Source: Polyangiales bacterium
Lineage (GTDB): Bacteria > Myxococcota_A > Polyangia > Polyangiales > Ga0077539
Length of the DNA: 64,000 nucleotides
Assembly: GCA_044229975.1 (NCBI GenBank)
Contig: JBGARZ010000005.1
Span: forward strand, 32,001-96,000
Direction: 5' to 3'
Shown: one piece after another, positions 19,933 to 29,781 of the stretch
How positions within the stretch are numbered: position 1 is the first letter of the stretch
Layout: the number at the start of each line of letters is the position of its first letter
The notes under the pieces: model-generated
The model's database searches: none
What the model saw: the letters and a program-made list of their open reading frames with translations, nothing else
Told to the model about the DNA's origin: nothing
Made by a program: the position numbers and the translations under genes

Positions 19933-21402
19933 ATGACCATTCGCCGCCACCGCCTGCTGCTCGTCGCCCTCCTGCCTGCCTGCGCCAACGTGGTTGTATC
20001 TGCGCCGGTCACGCCCGCGCCGGTGACACCTGCGCCAGTCACTCCGGTGGTGGTGACGCCGACGCCGACGCCCGTCCCCGCGGCGCTGGCGGCGTGTACC
20101 TCGGCGCGCGCGGACGGCACGGTGCTCATCGCGGTCGCGGGTGCCGACGTGATGGCGCTCGACGTCACCGGGTCGTGGCGCACCCTCGACGCGGCCGCGG
20201 TGACGACGCCTCCCGCGATCGTGACCAACGCGGTGATCTCGTCGGACGGGTACCTCGCGCTGTCTCGTCAACACCGGGTCAACAGCGCGGAGGCCGAGAA
20301 CACCTACGCGCTGCTCGCGCCCGACGGCACGGTGCGCTGGCGCCGCTCGCAGACCGTGCGCTACGGCGGATCGCCCTTCACCACGTCCATCGGGCTCCAG
20401 ACCCTCTACGTGTCGCCGGGCGGGGCCGTCGTGGCGAACCACACGTCCTTCGATACGAGAATCCACGCGTGGGCAGAGAGCATCTCTCCCGACGGGACGA
20501 GCCGCTGGGTCGCGGACGCGGCGGCGGTCGGACCGATCGACGAGGCCGGTCGTGTGCCGGTGGAGGACTACCCCAACAGCGCGACGGCGATTCGCTGGTG
20601 GTCACCAGAGAGCGGGGCCGTCGCGCCGCTCGGTGGGAGTGAGCGGGGCGGCGCCGTGGTGGCCGGGGCGTTTACCGTGGCGTGGGAGGTCGGCGATGCG
20701 GGCGTGTCGCTGGTGAGCCATCGTGGGACGCGCGTCGAGCGCTTCGCGCTGCCCTTCGCCAACGAGCGCGAGCTGTCGTTCGAGGGGGTTCGCGACGAGG
20801 GCTGGCTGCTGGTGGCGAGGCGCGACGAGGGGCGTGTCGTGCATCGTGTCGACCTGAATCGTAGAAGGTCCGAGGCGATCACGCCGCGCTACCCCGAGCG
20901 CTTCGCCGGAGCAGAGAACGGACGGCCCGGCATCGGTTCGGACGGCGCGCTCATGGCAGTGCTGAGCGACGGGGAGTGGGCGGAGCTGCATCGCTCGGAG
21001 GACGGCGTTGAGTGGACGCGCGTGGGTCGACCGGTGACGGGGACGCTCGGGATCGAGCTCCACGAGCGCGGCGGGACGTATGTGGTGCGCGCGCACAATG
21101 AGCTGTTCGGTGGACGCCTGTGGCCCGAGCAGGTGCGCGACGAGCCCGACGGGTTGCGGGGCGCCTCGTTGCACATCGCCCGTCCCTCGACGGGGCGCGA
21201 CGTGGTGGTGTACGCGGGCAACGCCGAGCGCGGGTTTGGCGGCGGGACGGAGGTGGCGATCGCTCCGACGGGGCGGTGCGTGGCGTGGGTGGAGACACGC
21301 GATGGGAGCAGCGTGGTGGAGGTCGCGAACATGGAAGACGGGACGCGACATCGAGCGCCGCTGCCGCGCGGGATGATGGCGGGGCGGGCGCAGTGGTTCT
21401 GA
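19933..21402 (+). CDS. hypothetical lipoprotein (possible beta-propeller)
   Basis: RBS ggag, MTIRRHRLLLVALLPAC lipobox-like, PVTPA linker, beta-rich body. Confidence 0.7.
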   Translation: MTIRRHRLLLVALLPACANVVVSAPVTPAPVTPAPVTPVVVTPTPTPVPAALAACTSARADGTVLIAVAGADVMALDVTGSWRTLDAAAVTTPPAIVTNAVISSDGYLALSRQHRVNSAEAENTYALLAPDGTVRWRRSQTVRYGGSPFTTSIGLQTLYVSPGGAVVANHTSFDTRIHAWAESISPDGTSRWVADAAAVGPIDEAGRVPVEDYPNSATAIRWWSPESGAVAPLGGSERGGAVVAGAFTVAWEVGDAGVSLVSHRGTRVERFALPFANERELSFEGVRDEGWLLVARRDEGRVVHRVDLNRRRSEAITPRYPERFAGAENGRPGIGSDGALMAVLSDGEWAELHRSEDGVEWTRVGRPVTGTLGIELHERGGTYVVRAHNELFGGRLWPEQVRDEPDGLRGASLHIARPSTGRDVVVYAGNAERGFGGGTEVAIAPTGRCVAWVETRDGSSVVEVANMEDGTRHRAPLPRGMMAGRAQWF

Positions 21403-21406
21403 CGGG

Positions 21407-22417
21407 CTACGAGGAGAGCGCGATGATCGCGGCGACCGAGGCGGCGGCGTAGAAGGCGATGACACCGAACAGCCAACGGGCGTGGGAGCGGACTGCGAGC
21501 GCGATGGGGTCTACGACAACGGGCTCGGTCGAGCGGTAGGGCGCAGCGAGCAGCGAGGCGGGCAAAGCCGTGGCGCGGACGCGGGCGAGGCTGCGACGCA
21601 GGAAGAGGAGAGCGAGGAGGGTCAGCGCGGAAGAGGAGGCGGCGAGGCGGTTGGCCTCACCGCGCAGGTGCGCGGGGAAGAGTGGGCGGGCGACGAGGTA
21701 CAGCGGGGGTGGGGGGCTGAGACCAAAGCGCGCGGGGTCGCACGTGGTCTCGCCGCGGACCTCGCAGAAGGTTGTGCGGCACGTGTACTCAGCGACGTGG
21801 TGGTCGGGCGAGAGGCGGAGTTCGACGGCGTTCGAGATGCTGTACGAAATCCTGGTCGGATCGTCTCCGCGGTCCGAGTAGTCGACGTGACCGCTACGAC
21901 ATTCCCAGCCAAAACCAGCAAAGCTGCTGTCTGATCCCCGGACGCCCGAGAACTCGCTGAACCCATAGGAGTCATGGTCGACAAAACGTCCGATCGGACA
22001 CTTCAACTGCGTGAACGTCGAGCCGGAGCCCGAGTGAGGTCCGTGGGAAGGGCCGTGATACGCGTCGGGATCGTATCCCTCCGGGATCACCTGACACTCC
22101 GCCGGATAGAGGGCCCGATCGCGGTCTCCCCTCACGGTCTGCCTCCGCGGCAGACTCGCCGCCTCCGCTGGCGTCAGTCGATCGACCCGCCGCTCTGAGC
22201 GCTCCACTCGATCGTTGACCACCTCGATGGGCGCCCGACGTAGCACCGTCGCGACGCCTGCCCACCCCACCGCGAACGCAATCATCACCAGCACCGCGAC
22301 CGCCGACACCACGCGCACACGCGTCGGCGCCCTCCGCGGGTCGAGCCAACGCGCCAACGCGCACGCCATCACGGTCCCAGCGCCCGCGAACAGCCACCAC
22401 ACATGCGCGTTCGGCAT
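21407..22417 (-). CDS. hypothetical membrane protein
   Basis: N- and C-terminal TM pairs flanking a Cys-containing soluble domain; start uncertain (22417 or 22483). Confidence 0.55.
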   Translation of the reverse strand: MPNAHVWWLFAGAGTVMACALARWLDPRRAPTRVRVVSAVAVLVMIAFAVGWAGVATVLRRAPIEVVNDRVERSERRVDRLTPAEAASLPRRQTVRGDRDRALYPAECQVIPEGYDPDAYHGPSHGPHSGSGSTFTQLKCPIGRFVDHDSYGFSEFSGVRGSDSSFAGFGWECRSGHVDYSDRGDDPTRISYSISNAVELRLSPDHHVAEYTCRTTFCEVRGETTCDPARFGLSPPPPLYLVARPLFPAHLRGEANRLAASSSALTLLALLFLRRSLARVRATALPASLLAAPYRSTEPVVVDPIALAVRSHARWLFGVIAFYAAASVAAIIALSS

Positions 22418-22479
22418 CGCAACGCGAGTGGACCTCTCCGCGTTCGTCGGCGTCAAGCGCGCCCTAACGTCGGCCAGCG

Positions 22480-22674
22480 TCACTTCTCCGGTCGGCCCGC
22501 GCTCGTCGGCTCACGCATCCAGCGCGCGTAGGCCCGACGCGCATACGCCAGGCGCTCGGCCCCGGTCGGATACCGTTGCGTGAACCACGCCACGAGCGCG
22601 CGCACCTCCGCGACCTCCATCTCGGTGAGCGGTGCGTCCGCCCGTCGGATGAACCCCGCCACGTCCACGGTCAC
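22480..22674 (-). CDS. small hypothetical protein (64 aa)
   Basis: RBS-like ggagg further upstream; helical sequence WFTQRYPTGAERLAYARRAY. Confidence 0.55.
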   Translation of the reverse strand: MTVDVAGFIRRADAPLTEMEVAEVRALVAWFTQRYPTGAERLAYARRAYARWMREPTSAGRPEK

Positions 22675-22899
22675 CGTCAGGACCCGCCAACGGGCCGTAC
22701 CTCCTGTGTACGGCGTGTCGTGGACTGCGAGCGTGACCGTCGCGCGCCGCGCTGACGCCGCGGCGTGGGCCCCGGGGACTGCGGACGTGGCGGACCCGCG
22801 TCGCCTATGCCGAACTCCGGGCTGTCACGAGCAGCCGTACCTTGACCATCTCCCTTGAGCCATTGGCCCTCTCGTCCGGTCTGGAGTACCTCCGCCCGA

Positions 22900-24327
22900 A
22901 TGGTCGCCACCGCCCGCCTCGCCCTCTTCGCTTCCCTCCTCGTCGCCTGCGCCCCGCGCTCGGTCGACGCGCTTCTCGACGTCCCGTCCTCGCGCGACGC
23001 CAGCACCGATCAGCCCGCCGCCGATGTGCCTCCATCCATCGACGTCCCGCCCGCCGTCGACATCCCCATCGCTGTCGACATCCCCATCGCTGTCGACATC
23101 CCCATCGCTGTCGACATCCCCATCGCTGTCGACATCCCCATCGCTGTCGACATCCCCATCGCTGTCGACATCCCACCCGCTGTCGACATCCCACCCGCTG
23201 TCGATGTTCCGCCCGCTGTCGACGTCCCGCCCGCCGTCGACGTCCCACCCGCTGTCGATGTCCCGATCGTCGTCACCACGCCCGTCGCCCAGGTCAGCGC
23301 GGGCTTCGAGCACACCTGCGCCGTCCTGCCCTCTGGAGTCGTGCGCTGCTGGGGCGCCAACGACCACGGCCAGCTCGGCGACGGAACCACCACCTCCCGC
23401 ACGCGCCCGACCCCGTTGCCCACGCTGAGCGGCGTCGCCGAAGTGAGCGGCGGGCGGGAGTTCTCCTGCGCGCGACTCACCGCCGGCGGAGCGCGCTGCT
23501 GGGGCCGCAACCAGTACGGTCAGCTCGGCGACGACGCGAGCACCGGGAGCCCCACGCCCACCACGGTGCAATCGCTCTCCGGCGCCGCCGAGATCGCCGC
23601 GGGCGGCTACCACGCCTGCGCGCGGGCCACCGACGGACGCCTGCGCTGCTGGGGCTACAACGCCGTCGGCGCCGTCGGCGACGGAACCACCCAGCCGCGC
23701 AACACGCCCACCCTCATCGCCGGCCCGACGGACATCGCGCAGGTGGGCCTCGGCAACTTCTCCTCCTGCGCGCGTCGCACCACCGGCGCGGTGGTCTGTT
23801 GGGGCGACAACGACTTCGGCCAGATCGGTGACGGCAGCCTCACGCAGCGTAACGCGCCCGCCACGGTCATGGGCCTCACCGGCGCCACGCACCTCGGGGT
23901 GGCCACGTCGAGCGCGTGCGCCGTGCGGGGCGACGGCAGCGTCTGGTGCTGGGGCCGCAACGAGTACGGACAGCTCGGCGACGGGAGCGCCACCAACCGA
24001 TCGACCCCGGTGCAGGTCGCGGGGCTCGCGGGCGTGGCCGCCATCGCGGGTGGCGGAGGCTTCTTCTGCGCGCGCATGGCGGACGCCACCGTGCGCTGCT
24101 GGGGCCGCAACACGGTCGGGCAGCTCGGCGACGGGACCACCACCAATCGCCGCGTTCCGACAGTCGTCCCGGGCCTGAGCGGCGTGGCGGAGGTCACCGT
24201 CGGCGACGCCCACGCGTGCGCGCGGCTCACCACCGGCGAGCTCCGCTGCTGGGGCGAAAACGAGCGCGGTCAGCTCGGCGACGGAACCACCACGGCCCGC
24301 CGCCAACCCACGCTGGTGGTGTTCTGA
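22900..24327 (+). CDS. RCC1-repeat lipoprotein with hexapeptide-repeat linker
   Basis: Lipobox LVAC; seven C(W)G.N..GQLGDG repeats. Confidence 0.9.
   Translation: MVATARLALFASLLVACAPRSVDALLDVPSSRDASTDQPAADVPPSIDVPPAVDIPIAVDIPIAVDIPIAVDIPIAVDIPIAVDIPIAVDIPPAVDIPPAVDVPPAVDVPPAVDVPPAVDVPIVVTTPVAQVSAGFEHTCAVLPSGVVRCWGANDHGQLGDGTTTSRTRPTPLPTLSGVAEVSGGREFSCARLTAGGARCWGRNQYGQLGDDASTGSPTPTTVQSLSGAAEIAAGGYHACARATDGRLRCWGYNAVGAVGDGTTQPRNTPTLIAGPTDIAQVGLGNFSSCARRTTGAVVCWGDNDFGQIGDGSLTQRNAPATVMGLTGATHLGVATSSACAVRGDGSVWCWGRNEYGQLGDGSATNRSTPVQVAGLAGVAAIAGGGGFFCARMADATVRCWGRNTVGQLGDGTTTNRRVPTVVPGLSGVAEVTVGDAHACARLTTGELRCWGENERGQLGDGTTTARRQPTLVVF
23020..23271 (+). repeat. 18-bp coding VNTR (VDIPIA/VDVPPA, about 14 units)
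   Basis: gtcgacatccccatcgct x6 perfect from 23056, followed and preceded by variant units. Confidence 0.95.
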
Positions 24328-25499
24328 TGGAGCGCGTGGCGAGCGCCCTCCTCCTCGTCGTGACGACCCTTGCGGGCTGCGCCAACACCGTCACCGTCAC
24401 CGACGCCTCGGCCGACGCCAGCGTCGACGATGCGACCGACGCCTCCGTCACCCCGCGGGCCGTCGCCCAGATCGCCGCGGCGGGCGCCTACTCCTGCGCG
24501 GTGCGTTCGGACGGACGCGTGCGCTGCTGGGGGCGCTACGGGATGGGCCCCGACGCGGGTGTCGCCGAGAGCGCGGCGCCCTACGAGGTGGCCGGCCTCA
24601 CCGACGCCATCGAGGTCACCGTGTCGCCCGACACACCGGGCAGCGCGTGTGCCCTCCGCGCGGGTGGTCAGGTCGTGTGCTGGACCATCCGCACGCGCAC
24701 CGCCCCCGAAGCCGTCGCCGAGCTGCCGGCCGTCGCGCACATCACGAGCGGGTCGGGCCATCGATGCGCGCTCACCACCGAAGGCGAGGTCCTCTGCTGG
24801 GGAACCAACCGCTTCGGCAAGCTCGGTCGCCCCACCGACATGACCGCGGAGACACCCGCGAGGGTGCCCGGGCTCGCTCCGGTGCGCGCGCTCTCTTCAG
24901 GCGAGGCCGAGACCTGCGCGGTGACGCGCGACGGTCAGGTGTGGTGCTGGGGACGTAACCACCGCGGTGCGCTCGGCGACGGCGTCACGAGTGGACACGG
25001 CTGCCCCGTCGAGGGGGAGGACTGCTCCTTCGCGCCGGTGCGCGTGGCGGGCCTCGACGCCGCGACGAGCGTGTCTGTCGGGCTCAACGGCGCCTGCGCC
25101 GTGCAGCGCGGTCGCGCCTGGTGCTGGGGCTGGAACAACAACGGCCGCCTCGGCGACGGCACCGACGTCGACCGCCCGACCCCGACGGAGGTCCGTACGC
25201 CGGGCGAGGTCGCGTCGGTGTACTCGGGCTACCTCACGGGCTGCGCCATCGGCGTCCGCGGCGCCCTGTGGTGCTGGGGCTACGACCAGGGCCCAACCGT
25301 CGATGGGATGACCCTCCGGGCGCTCTCTCCGACGACCGTCGCCGGGGTCGACCGCGCGGTCGAGGCGACGGGCGGCTGGTACCACCTGTGCGCGCTGCGC
25401 GACGACGGCGCGGTGCTCTGTTGGGGCGGCAGCGACTTCGGACAGCGCGGCATCGACGGCGATGCAGGCGCCGCCGCGACGCGCGTCCCCGGACTCTAG
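24327..25499 (+). CDS. RCC1-repeat lipoprotein
   Basis: TGA/ATG overlap at 24325-24329; MERVASALLLVVTTLAGC; repeated CWG.N..G.LG. Confidence 0.88.
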   Translation: MERVASALLLVVTTLAGCANTVTVTDASADASVDDATDASVTPRAVAQIAAAGAYSCAVRSDGRVRCWGRYGMGPDAGVAESAAPYEVAGLTDAIEVTVSPDTPGSACALRAGGQVVCWTIRTRTAPEAVAELPAVAHITSGSGHRCALTTEGEVLCWGTNRFGKLGRPTDMTAETPARVPGLAPVRALSSGEAETCAVTRDGQVWCWGRNHRGALGDGVTSGHGCPVEGEDCSFAPVRVAGLDAATSVSVGLNGACAVQRGRAWCWGWNNNGRLGDGTDVDRPTPTEVRTPGEVASVYSGYLTGCAIGVRGALWCWGYDQGPTVDGMTLRALSPTTVAGVDRAVEATGGWYHLCALRDDGAVLCWGGSDFGQRGIDGDAGAAATRVPGL

Positions 25500-26809
25500 C
25501 GGGTACAGGTCGCGAGCGCGGTGCCGTCGAGGGCCGGGGCGAGCGGGGCGCAGCGCAGCCCGGTGGGGCAGATCCCGTCGACACAATACCGGGTGCAGTA
25601 AGCCGCGCCCGCGGTCGACGGCTGGCAGGCGCCGGTCGCGCAGTCCGAGGCCCGCGCGCAGGTCGCGCCCACCGCGCCACGACCCCTCATCGTGGGGCGG
25701 CACACGAGGTACAGCGGACCGCTCTCGCCGTCGGGTCGCCACGGCAGGCACGACGAACCCACGGGGCACCCGCTCGCCGGGGTGCATCCCTGGACGCAGA
25801 CGTTTTCGCCGCTGTCGCACACACCGCTGTAACAGACGATGGCGCCACCGCTCGCGCCGCAGCTCTCGCCCAGCGCGTGGTTGCCCATCACGTCCCCGGC
25901 CCCCATCGGCAGGTTGGACAACGGCGGGACGCACACCATCTGCCCCCCGACGGCCTGACAACGATACGGCGCCAGGGCCACCGGACTTCCGGAGGCGTTG
26001 GCGATGCTCATGCGTCGCGGGCAGTCGGCGTCGGCGGTGCACGGCGACGAGCAGATGTTGTACCCGGCGCCGGTGGTGACGCAGAGCCCGGAGGCGCAGT
26101 CGCCCGCGACGGTGCAGCCGTGCTCGACGTACACGCAGAGGCGCGCGCCGATGGTGGTGTTTTCGCAGGCGTAGCCCGCCGGACAGTCCGCTCCGACGGA
26201 GCACTCGCGGGTGCAGTGCGCCGCTCCTCCGGTGCTGTTGGCGAGGCAGTGGCGCGCGCAGGCGCCCGTCGCTCTCGGGTCGCACGTCGCGCCCGTGTCA
26301 TCGGGAACGCATCGCCCGGCGCCGCACAGGTTGCCGTGGCCGCAGTCGGCGCTGGTCGCGCAGCGTCGGGTGCACCAGCGCGCACCCGCGGCGGTCGCGA
26401 GGCAGTCGTCGCTCGCGCAGTCGGCGTTGGTGGCGCAGGGGTCGAGGTACGCGGCGCGGCTGACGGACCCGACGTCGACGGGAGCGACACCACGGTCGGT
26501 GGGGACGTCGGGCGCGGGCGGCACATCGACGCCGCGATCGGGGGGCGGCGACGGAGCGTCGACCCCGACGTCGATGGGGACCGCGACGACATCGACGCCG
26601 CCATCAAGGGGAGTCGCGACGACATCGACGCCGCCATCAAGGGGAGTCGCGACGACGTCGACGCCCACATCGCCGGCCGGCCGATCGACGGTGACGAAGC
26701 CCGCATCAGGCGCTGCGTCTTCCGGCGCGCCGAGGTCGGTCGGCAGCGAGAAGCCGCGGGACGAACACGCCGCGACGAGGGTCAGCGCCAACCAGCATCG
26801 GTGGGTCAT
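25496..26809 (-). CDS. Cys-rich secreted lipoprotein
   Basis: Lipobox VAAC, DGGVDVVATPL repeat linker, multiple C...ADC..G..C modules. Confidence 0.8.
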   Translation of the reverse strand: MTHRCWLALTLVAACSSRGFSLPTDLGAPEDAAPDAGFVTVDRPAGDVGVDVVATPLDGGVDVVATPLDGGVDVVAVPIDVGVDAPSPPPDRGVDVPPAPDVPTDRGVAPVDVGSVSRAAYLDPCATNADCASDDCLATAAGARWCTRRCATSADCGHGNLCGAGRCVPDDTGATCDPRATGACARHCLANSTGGAAHCTRECSVGADCPAGYACENTTIGARLCVYVEHGCTVAGDCASGLCVTTGAGYNICSSPCTADADCPRRMSIANASGSPVALAPYRCQAVGGQMVCVPPLSNLPMGAGDVMGNHALGESCGASGGAIVCYSGVCDSGENVCVQGCTPASGCPVGSSCLPWRPDGESGPLYLVCRPTMRGRGAVGATCARASDCATGACQPSTAGAAYCTRYCVDGICPTGLRCAPLAPALDGTALATCTR

Positions 26810-26876
26810 CGGGGAGGTGGCCACGGCGCGAGACCGTCGCACGACCGTAGATGACGCCACAACATCGCGGCGCCTC

Positions 26877-28721
26877 CTACGCCTCGGCCTCCTGGTAGCC
26901 CTCCGCCTGGAGGCGATACATCCGCGCGTAGACGCCGTTCTTCGCGAGTAGTTCGGTGTGCGTACCAGTTTCGGCCACGCGCCCTTCGTCGAGCACCACG
27001 ATGCGGTCGGCGAGGCGTACCGAGCCGAAGCGGTGCGTGATGAGCACGGCCGTCCGGTTGGCCTTCAGCGCCGCGAAGCGCTCGAACACCTCGTGCTCCC
27101 CTTCGGCGTCGATGGACGCCGTCGGCTCGTCGAGGATGAGCACATCGCTCCGCCGCATGAACGCCCGCGCCAGCGCCACCCGCTGCCACTGGCCCACCGA
27201 GAGTTCTTCTCCGTCGAACCACCGTCCGAGCATCGCGTCGTACCCGTTCGGCAGCGCCTCGATGACCTCGTCGGCCCGCGCCGCCTTCGCCGCGCGCTCC
27301 ACCGCCGCGCGGTCACCGCGGTCGGGGATCCACCCGAGGCCCACGTTGTCCGCCGCGCTGAAGTGGTAGTGAACGAAGTCCTGGAAGACGATCCCGACGC
27401 GGCTGCGCAGCACGGCCCGGTCGAGCGTCGCGACGTCTTCACCCCCCACCACGATGCGCCCCGCCGTCGGCGCGTAGAAGCCCGCCAGCAGCTTCACCAG
27501 CGTGCTCTTGCCCGCGCCGTTCGGTCCCACCAGCGCGATGGTCTCGCCCGCGCGGATGGTCAGCGTCACGTCGCTCAACGACGGCGCGTCGGCGCCCGCG
27601 TACGAGAAGGTGACGTTCTCGAAGCGCACCTCCGGCGGACTCTCGCCGAGCGACTTCGGGTCGACGAAGACCGGCGCCGTCGCGTCGTCCTCGGGCAGCC
27701 CGAGGTACTCGAAGAGGTTGGCGACGTAGAGGTTGTCCTCGTAGGTGCGCGCCAGCACGCTCAGCGCCGACTGAAACGACTCCTGACCCTGGCGAAACAC
27801 CGTCAGGTACAGCGTCATCGCGCCGAGGGTCAGGGCGCCCGCGACGGCGCGCGCGACGATCCACCCGTAGATCACATAGAAGACCAGCGCCGAGGCGAGG
27901 CCCAGCAGCGCGACGGCCAGACCACGGCGCGCGGCGAAGGAGCGGTCCTGCCCATAGAAGCGAGCGGTGTACTCGCGGTAGCGGGCGATGAGCGTCGGGC
28001 CGAGGCCGAAGAGCTTGACCTCCTTGGCGTACCAGTCACTCGTGAGCAGCGATTGCAGGTAGTAGGACTGCCGCTCGTCCTGCGTGCGCCCCTGCTTGAT
28101 GGCGTACTGCTCGCCCGCGTACCGCATCTCCGCGATGAACGGCAGCGCCGCCAGCGCCAGCGCCAGCACCGCCCACCCGCTGAACTGCGCCAGCAGCAAG
28201 CCGAATCCCGCGAGCGTGATGGCGTGGCGGGCGAGCGTGAAGCCGTGCGTGATGATCTCCACCGGCCGCCAGCCTGATTCCTTCCGCGCGCGTTCGAGCA
28301 CGTTCATGAACTCGGGGTCTTCGAAGTGCTTGATGGAGAGCCGCTGCGCCTTCTCGAAGATGAGCGTGTCGACGTGGGCGCCGAGCTTCGCGCGCAGCAG
28401 CGACGCGAGGTACCCGCGGTACTGCCCCCCGAGGTGGCGGGCCGCGAAGAGCGCCAGCTCCAGCGCCACCCAGAGCAGCGCCGGCCCGGTCGCGCGCGGC
28501 CCCACGGCGTGCGAAGCGAGCACCACCTCGTCGACGATGCGCTTGCCCACGTACGCCACCAACACCGGCAGCAGCGCGTCGGAGAACGACATCAGCACAT
28601 AGCGGGTGACGAGCCCGCGATCGAGCCCCCAGGCGAGCCCGAGCGCGCGGCGGATGTTACCGACGACCATCCCCGCGCGGCGCCATGACACCGTCGGCGG
28701 CGGGGCGGCGGTGGGGCTCAC
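26877..28721 (-). CDS. ABC exporter, fused permease/ATP-binding protein
   Basis: GTG 28721 overlapping upstream stop; TM domain; GPNGAGKST, LSVGQWQRVALAR, ILDEPT, ITHR. Confidence 0.92.
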   Translation of the reverse strand: MSPTAAPPPTVSWRRAGMVVGNIRRALGLAWGLDRGLVTRYVLMSFSDALLPVLVAYVGKRIVDEVVLASHAVGPRATGPALLWVALELALFAARHLGGQYRGYLASLLRAKLGAHVDTLIFEKAQRLSIKHFEDPEFMNVLERARKESGWRPVEIITHGFTLARHAITLAGFGLLLAQFSGWAVLALALAALPFIAEMRYAGEQYAIKQGRTQDERQSYYLQSLLTSDWYAKEVKLFGLGPTLIARYREYTARFYGQDRSFAARRGLAVALLGLASALVFYVIYGWIVARAVAGALTLGAMTLYLTVFRQGQESFQSALSVLARTYEDNLYVANLFEYLGLPEDDATAPVFVDPKSLGESPPEVRFENVTFSYAGADAPSLSDVTLTIRAGETIALVGPNGAGKSTLVKLLAGFYAPTAGRIVVGGEDVATLDRAVLRSRVGIVFQDFVHYHFSAADNVGLGWIPDRGDRAAVERAAKAARADEVIEALPNGYDAMLGRWFDGEELSVGQWQRVALARAFMRRSDVLILDEPTASIDAEGEHEVFERFAALKANRTAVLITHRFGSVRLADRIVVLDEGRVAETGTHTELLAKNGVYARMYRLQAEGYQEAEA

Positions 28722-29704
28722 CGCCCGCCCGTCTGCGCGCGCATGTAGCGGTCGACGGCGGCGATCCAGTCCGCGCGCCAGCGTCGCTCGTCGTACTGCG
28801 CGACGGCCATCGCGCGGCTCGCGGCGCCCATCTTCCGCGCGAGCTCGTCGTCGTCCAGCAGCAGCCGGCAGTACTCGCGGATCTCCGCCGCCGTGCGCCC
28901 CACGAAGCCGTTGTGGCCGTGCACCACGTAGCGCTCGATGCCCGGGATCGCGAAGCTCACCAGCGGCATCCCGGTCATCATCGCTTCGAGCAGGGTGATC
29001 GTGTACTCCTGCTCGCCGTCGTGGAGGTACACGCGGCTCCGGCGCAGCGCGCGCAGGATGCCGTCGTAGCCGAGCGTCTCCTTCGACGCGTCGAGGTGGT
29101 CGACGTGCAGCGTGGGCAGGTCGCGCATCGCCTCGACGTACGCGCCGTAGTGCCAGCCCCGCTCGCGGTACGAGTGGATGATGGACAGCACCGTGCGGTC
29201 TTCGCCCGTCCATGGTCCGTAGGCGTCGACGTCGAGCCCGAGCGGGATGTACGGAACCTCCACCCCGAAGGTCTCGCGCACCCACTCGACGGTGTTGGGA
29301 TAGAAGCTCACCACGGTGAAGTCGTCGCGCTGGAGGAGCTCGGCCCAGTCGTCGCGTTCGAGCTCGCCCACCTTCGCGACGCGGTAGAGCTTCGGGATGT
29401 TGCGCCGCTCGCGAAACAGCTTGAACTGCCAGTTGAACATCAACCACGCGAGGTCGAGCTCACCCGGAAACGGGAAGTGCTCACCCGAGTCGAGGAGCCG
29501 GGCGTAGTCGTGGGGTTCGTAGTCGAGGTGCGCGTCCTCGAAGGCGGGCAGCAGGTTGTGCACGTTGGCCGGCTGCGGCCGCCAGTACTTGAACTGATCC
29601 CAGTGCCCGAGGAAGTAGGTGGGCAGGCCCACGCGGCAGAAGTGGTACTGGACGCCTGGGTGCGTCGGGATGATCAGCGTCTTCCAGCCGTCGGCAGGTC
29701 TCAT
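28718..29704 (-). CDS. glycosyltransferase, GT4-like
   Basis: C-terminal E..TITLLEAMMTGMPLV...VVHGHNGF...LARKMG. Confidence 0.8.
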   Translation of the reverse strand: MRPADGWKTLIIPTHPGVQYHFCRVGLPTYFLGHWDQFKYWRPQPANVHNLLPAFEDAHLDYEPHDYARLLDSGEHFPFPGELDLAWLMFNWQFKLFRERRNIPKLYRVAKVGELERDDWAELLQRDDFTVVSFYPNTVEWVRETFGVEVPYIPLGLDVDAYGPWTGEDRTVLSIIHSYRERGWHYGAYVEAMRDLPTLHVDHLDASKETLGYDGILRALRRSRVYLHDGEQEYTITLLEAMMTGMPLVSFAIPGIERYVVHGHNGFVGRTAAEIREYCRLLLDDDELARKMGAASRAMAVAQYDERRWRADWIAAVDRYMRAQTGGR

Positions 29705-29781
29705 CGGGGGACGCGGACGATATAGTCGCCCCGGCGCGCGAACAATCGCGCGATGACTCTCTCCCCTCTGAGGCGCATCGG

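Noticed and set aside
22461..22468. Additional attC near the lower-GC gene at 21407-22417
   Set aside because: Only an isolated CCCTAAC; no matching L boxes or opposite core found
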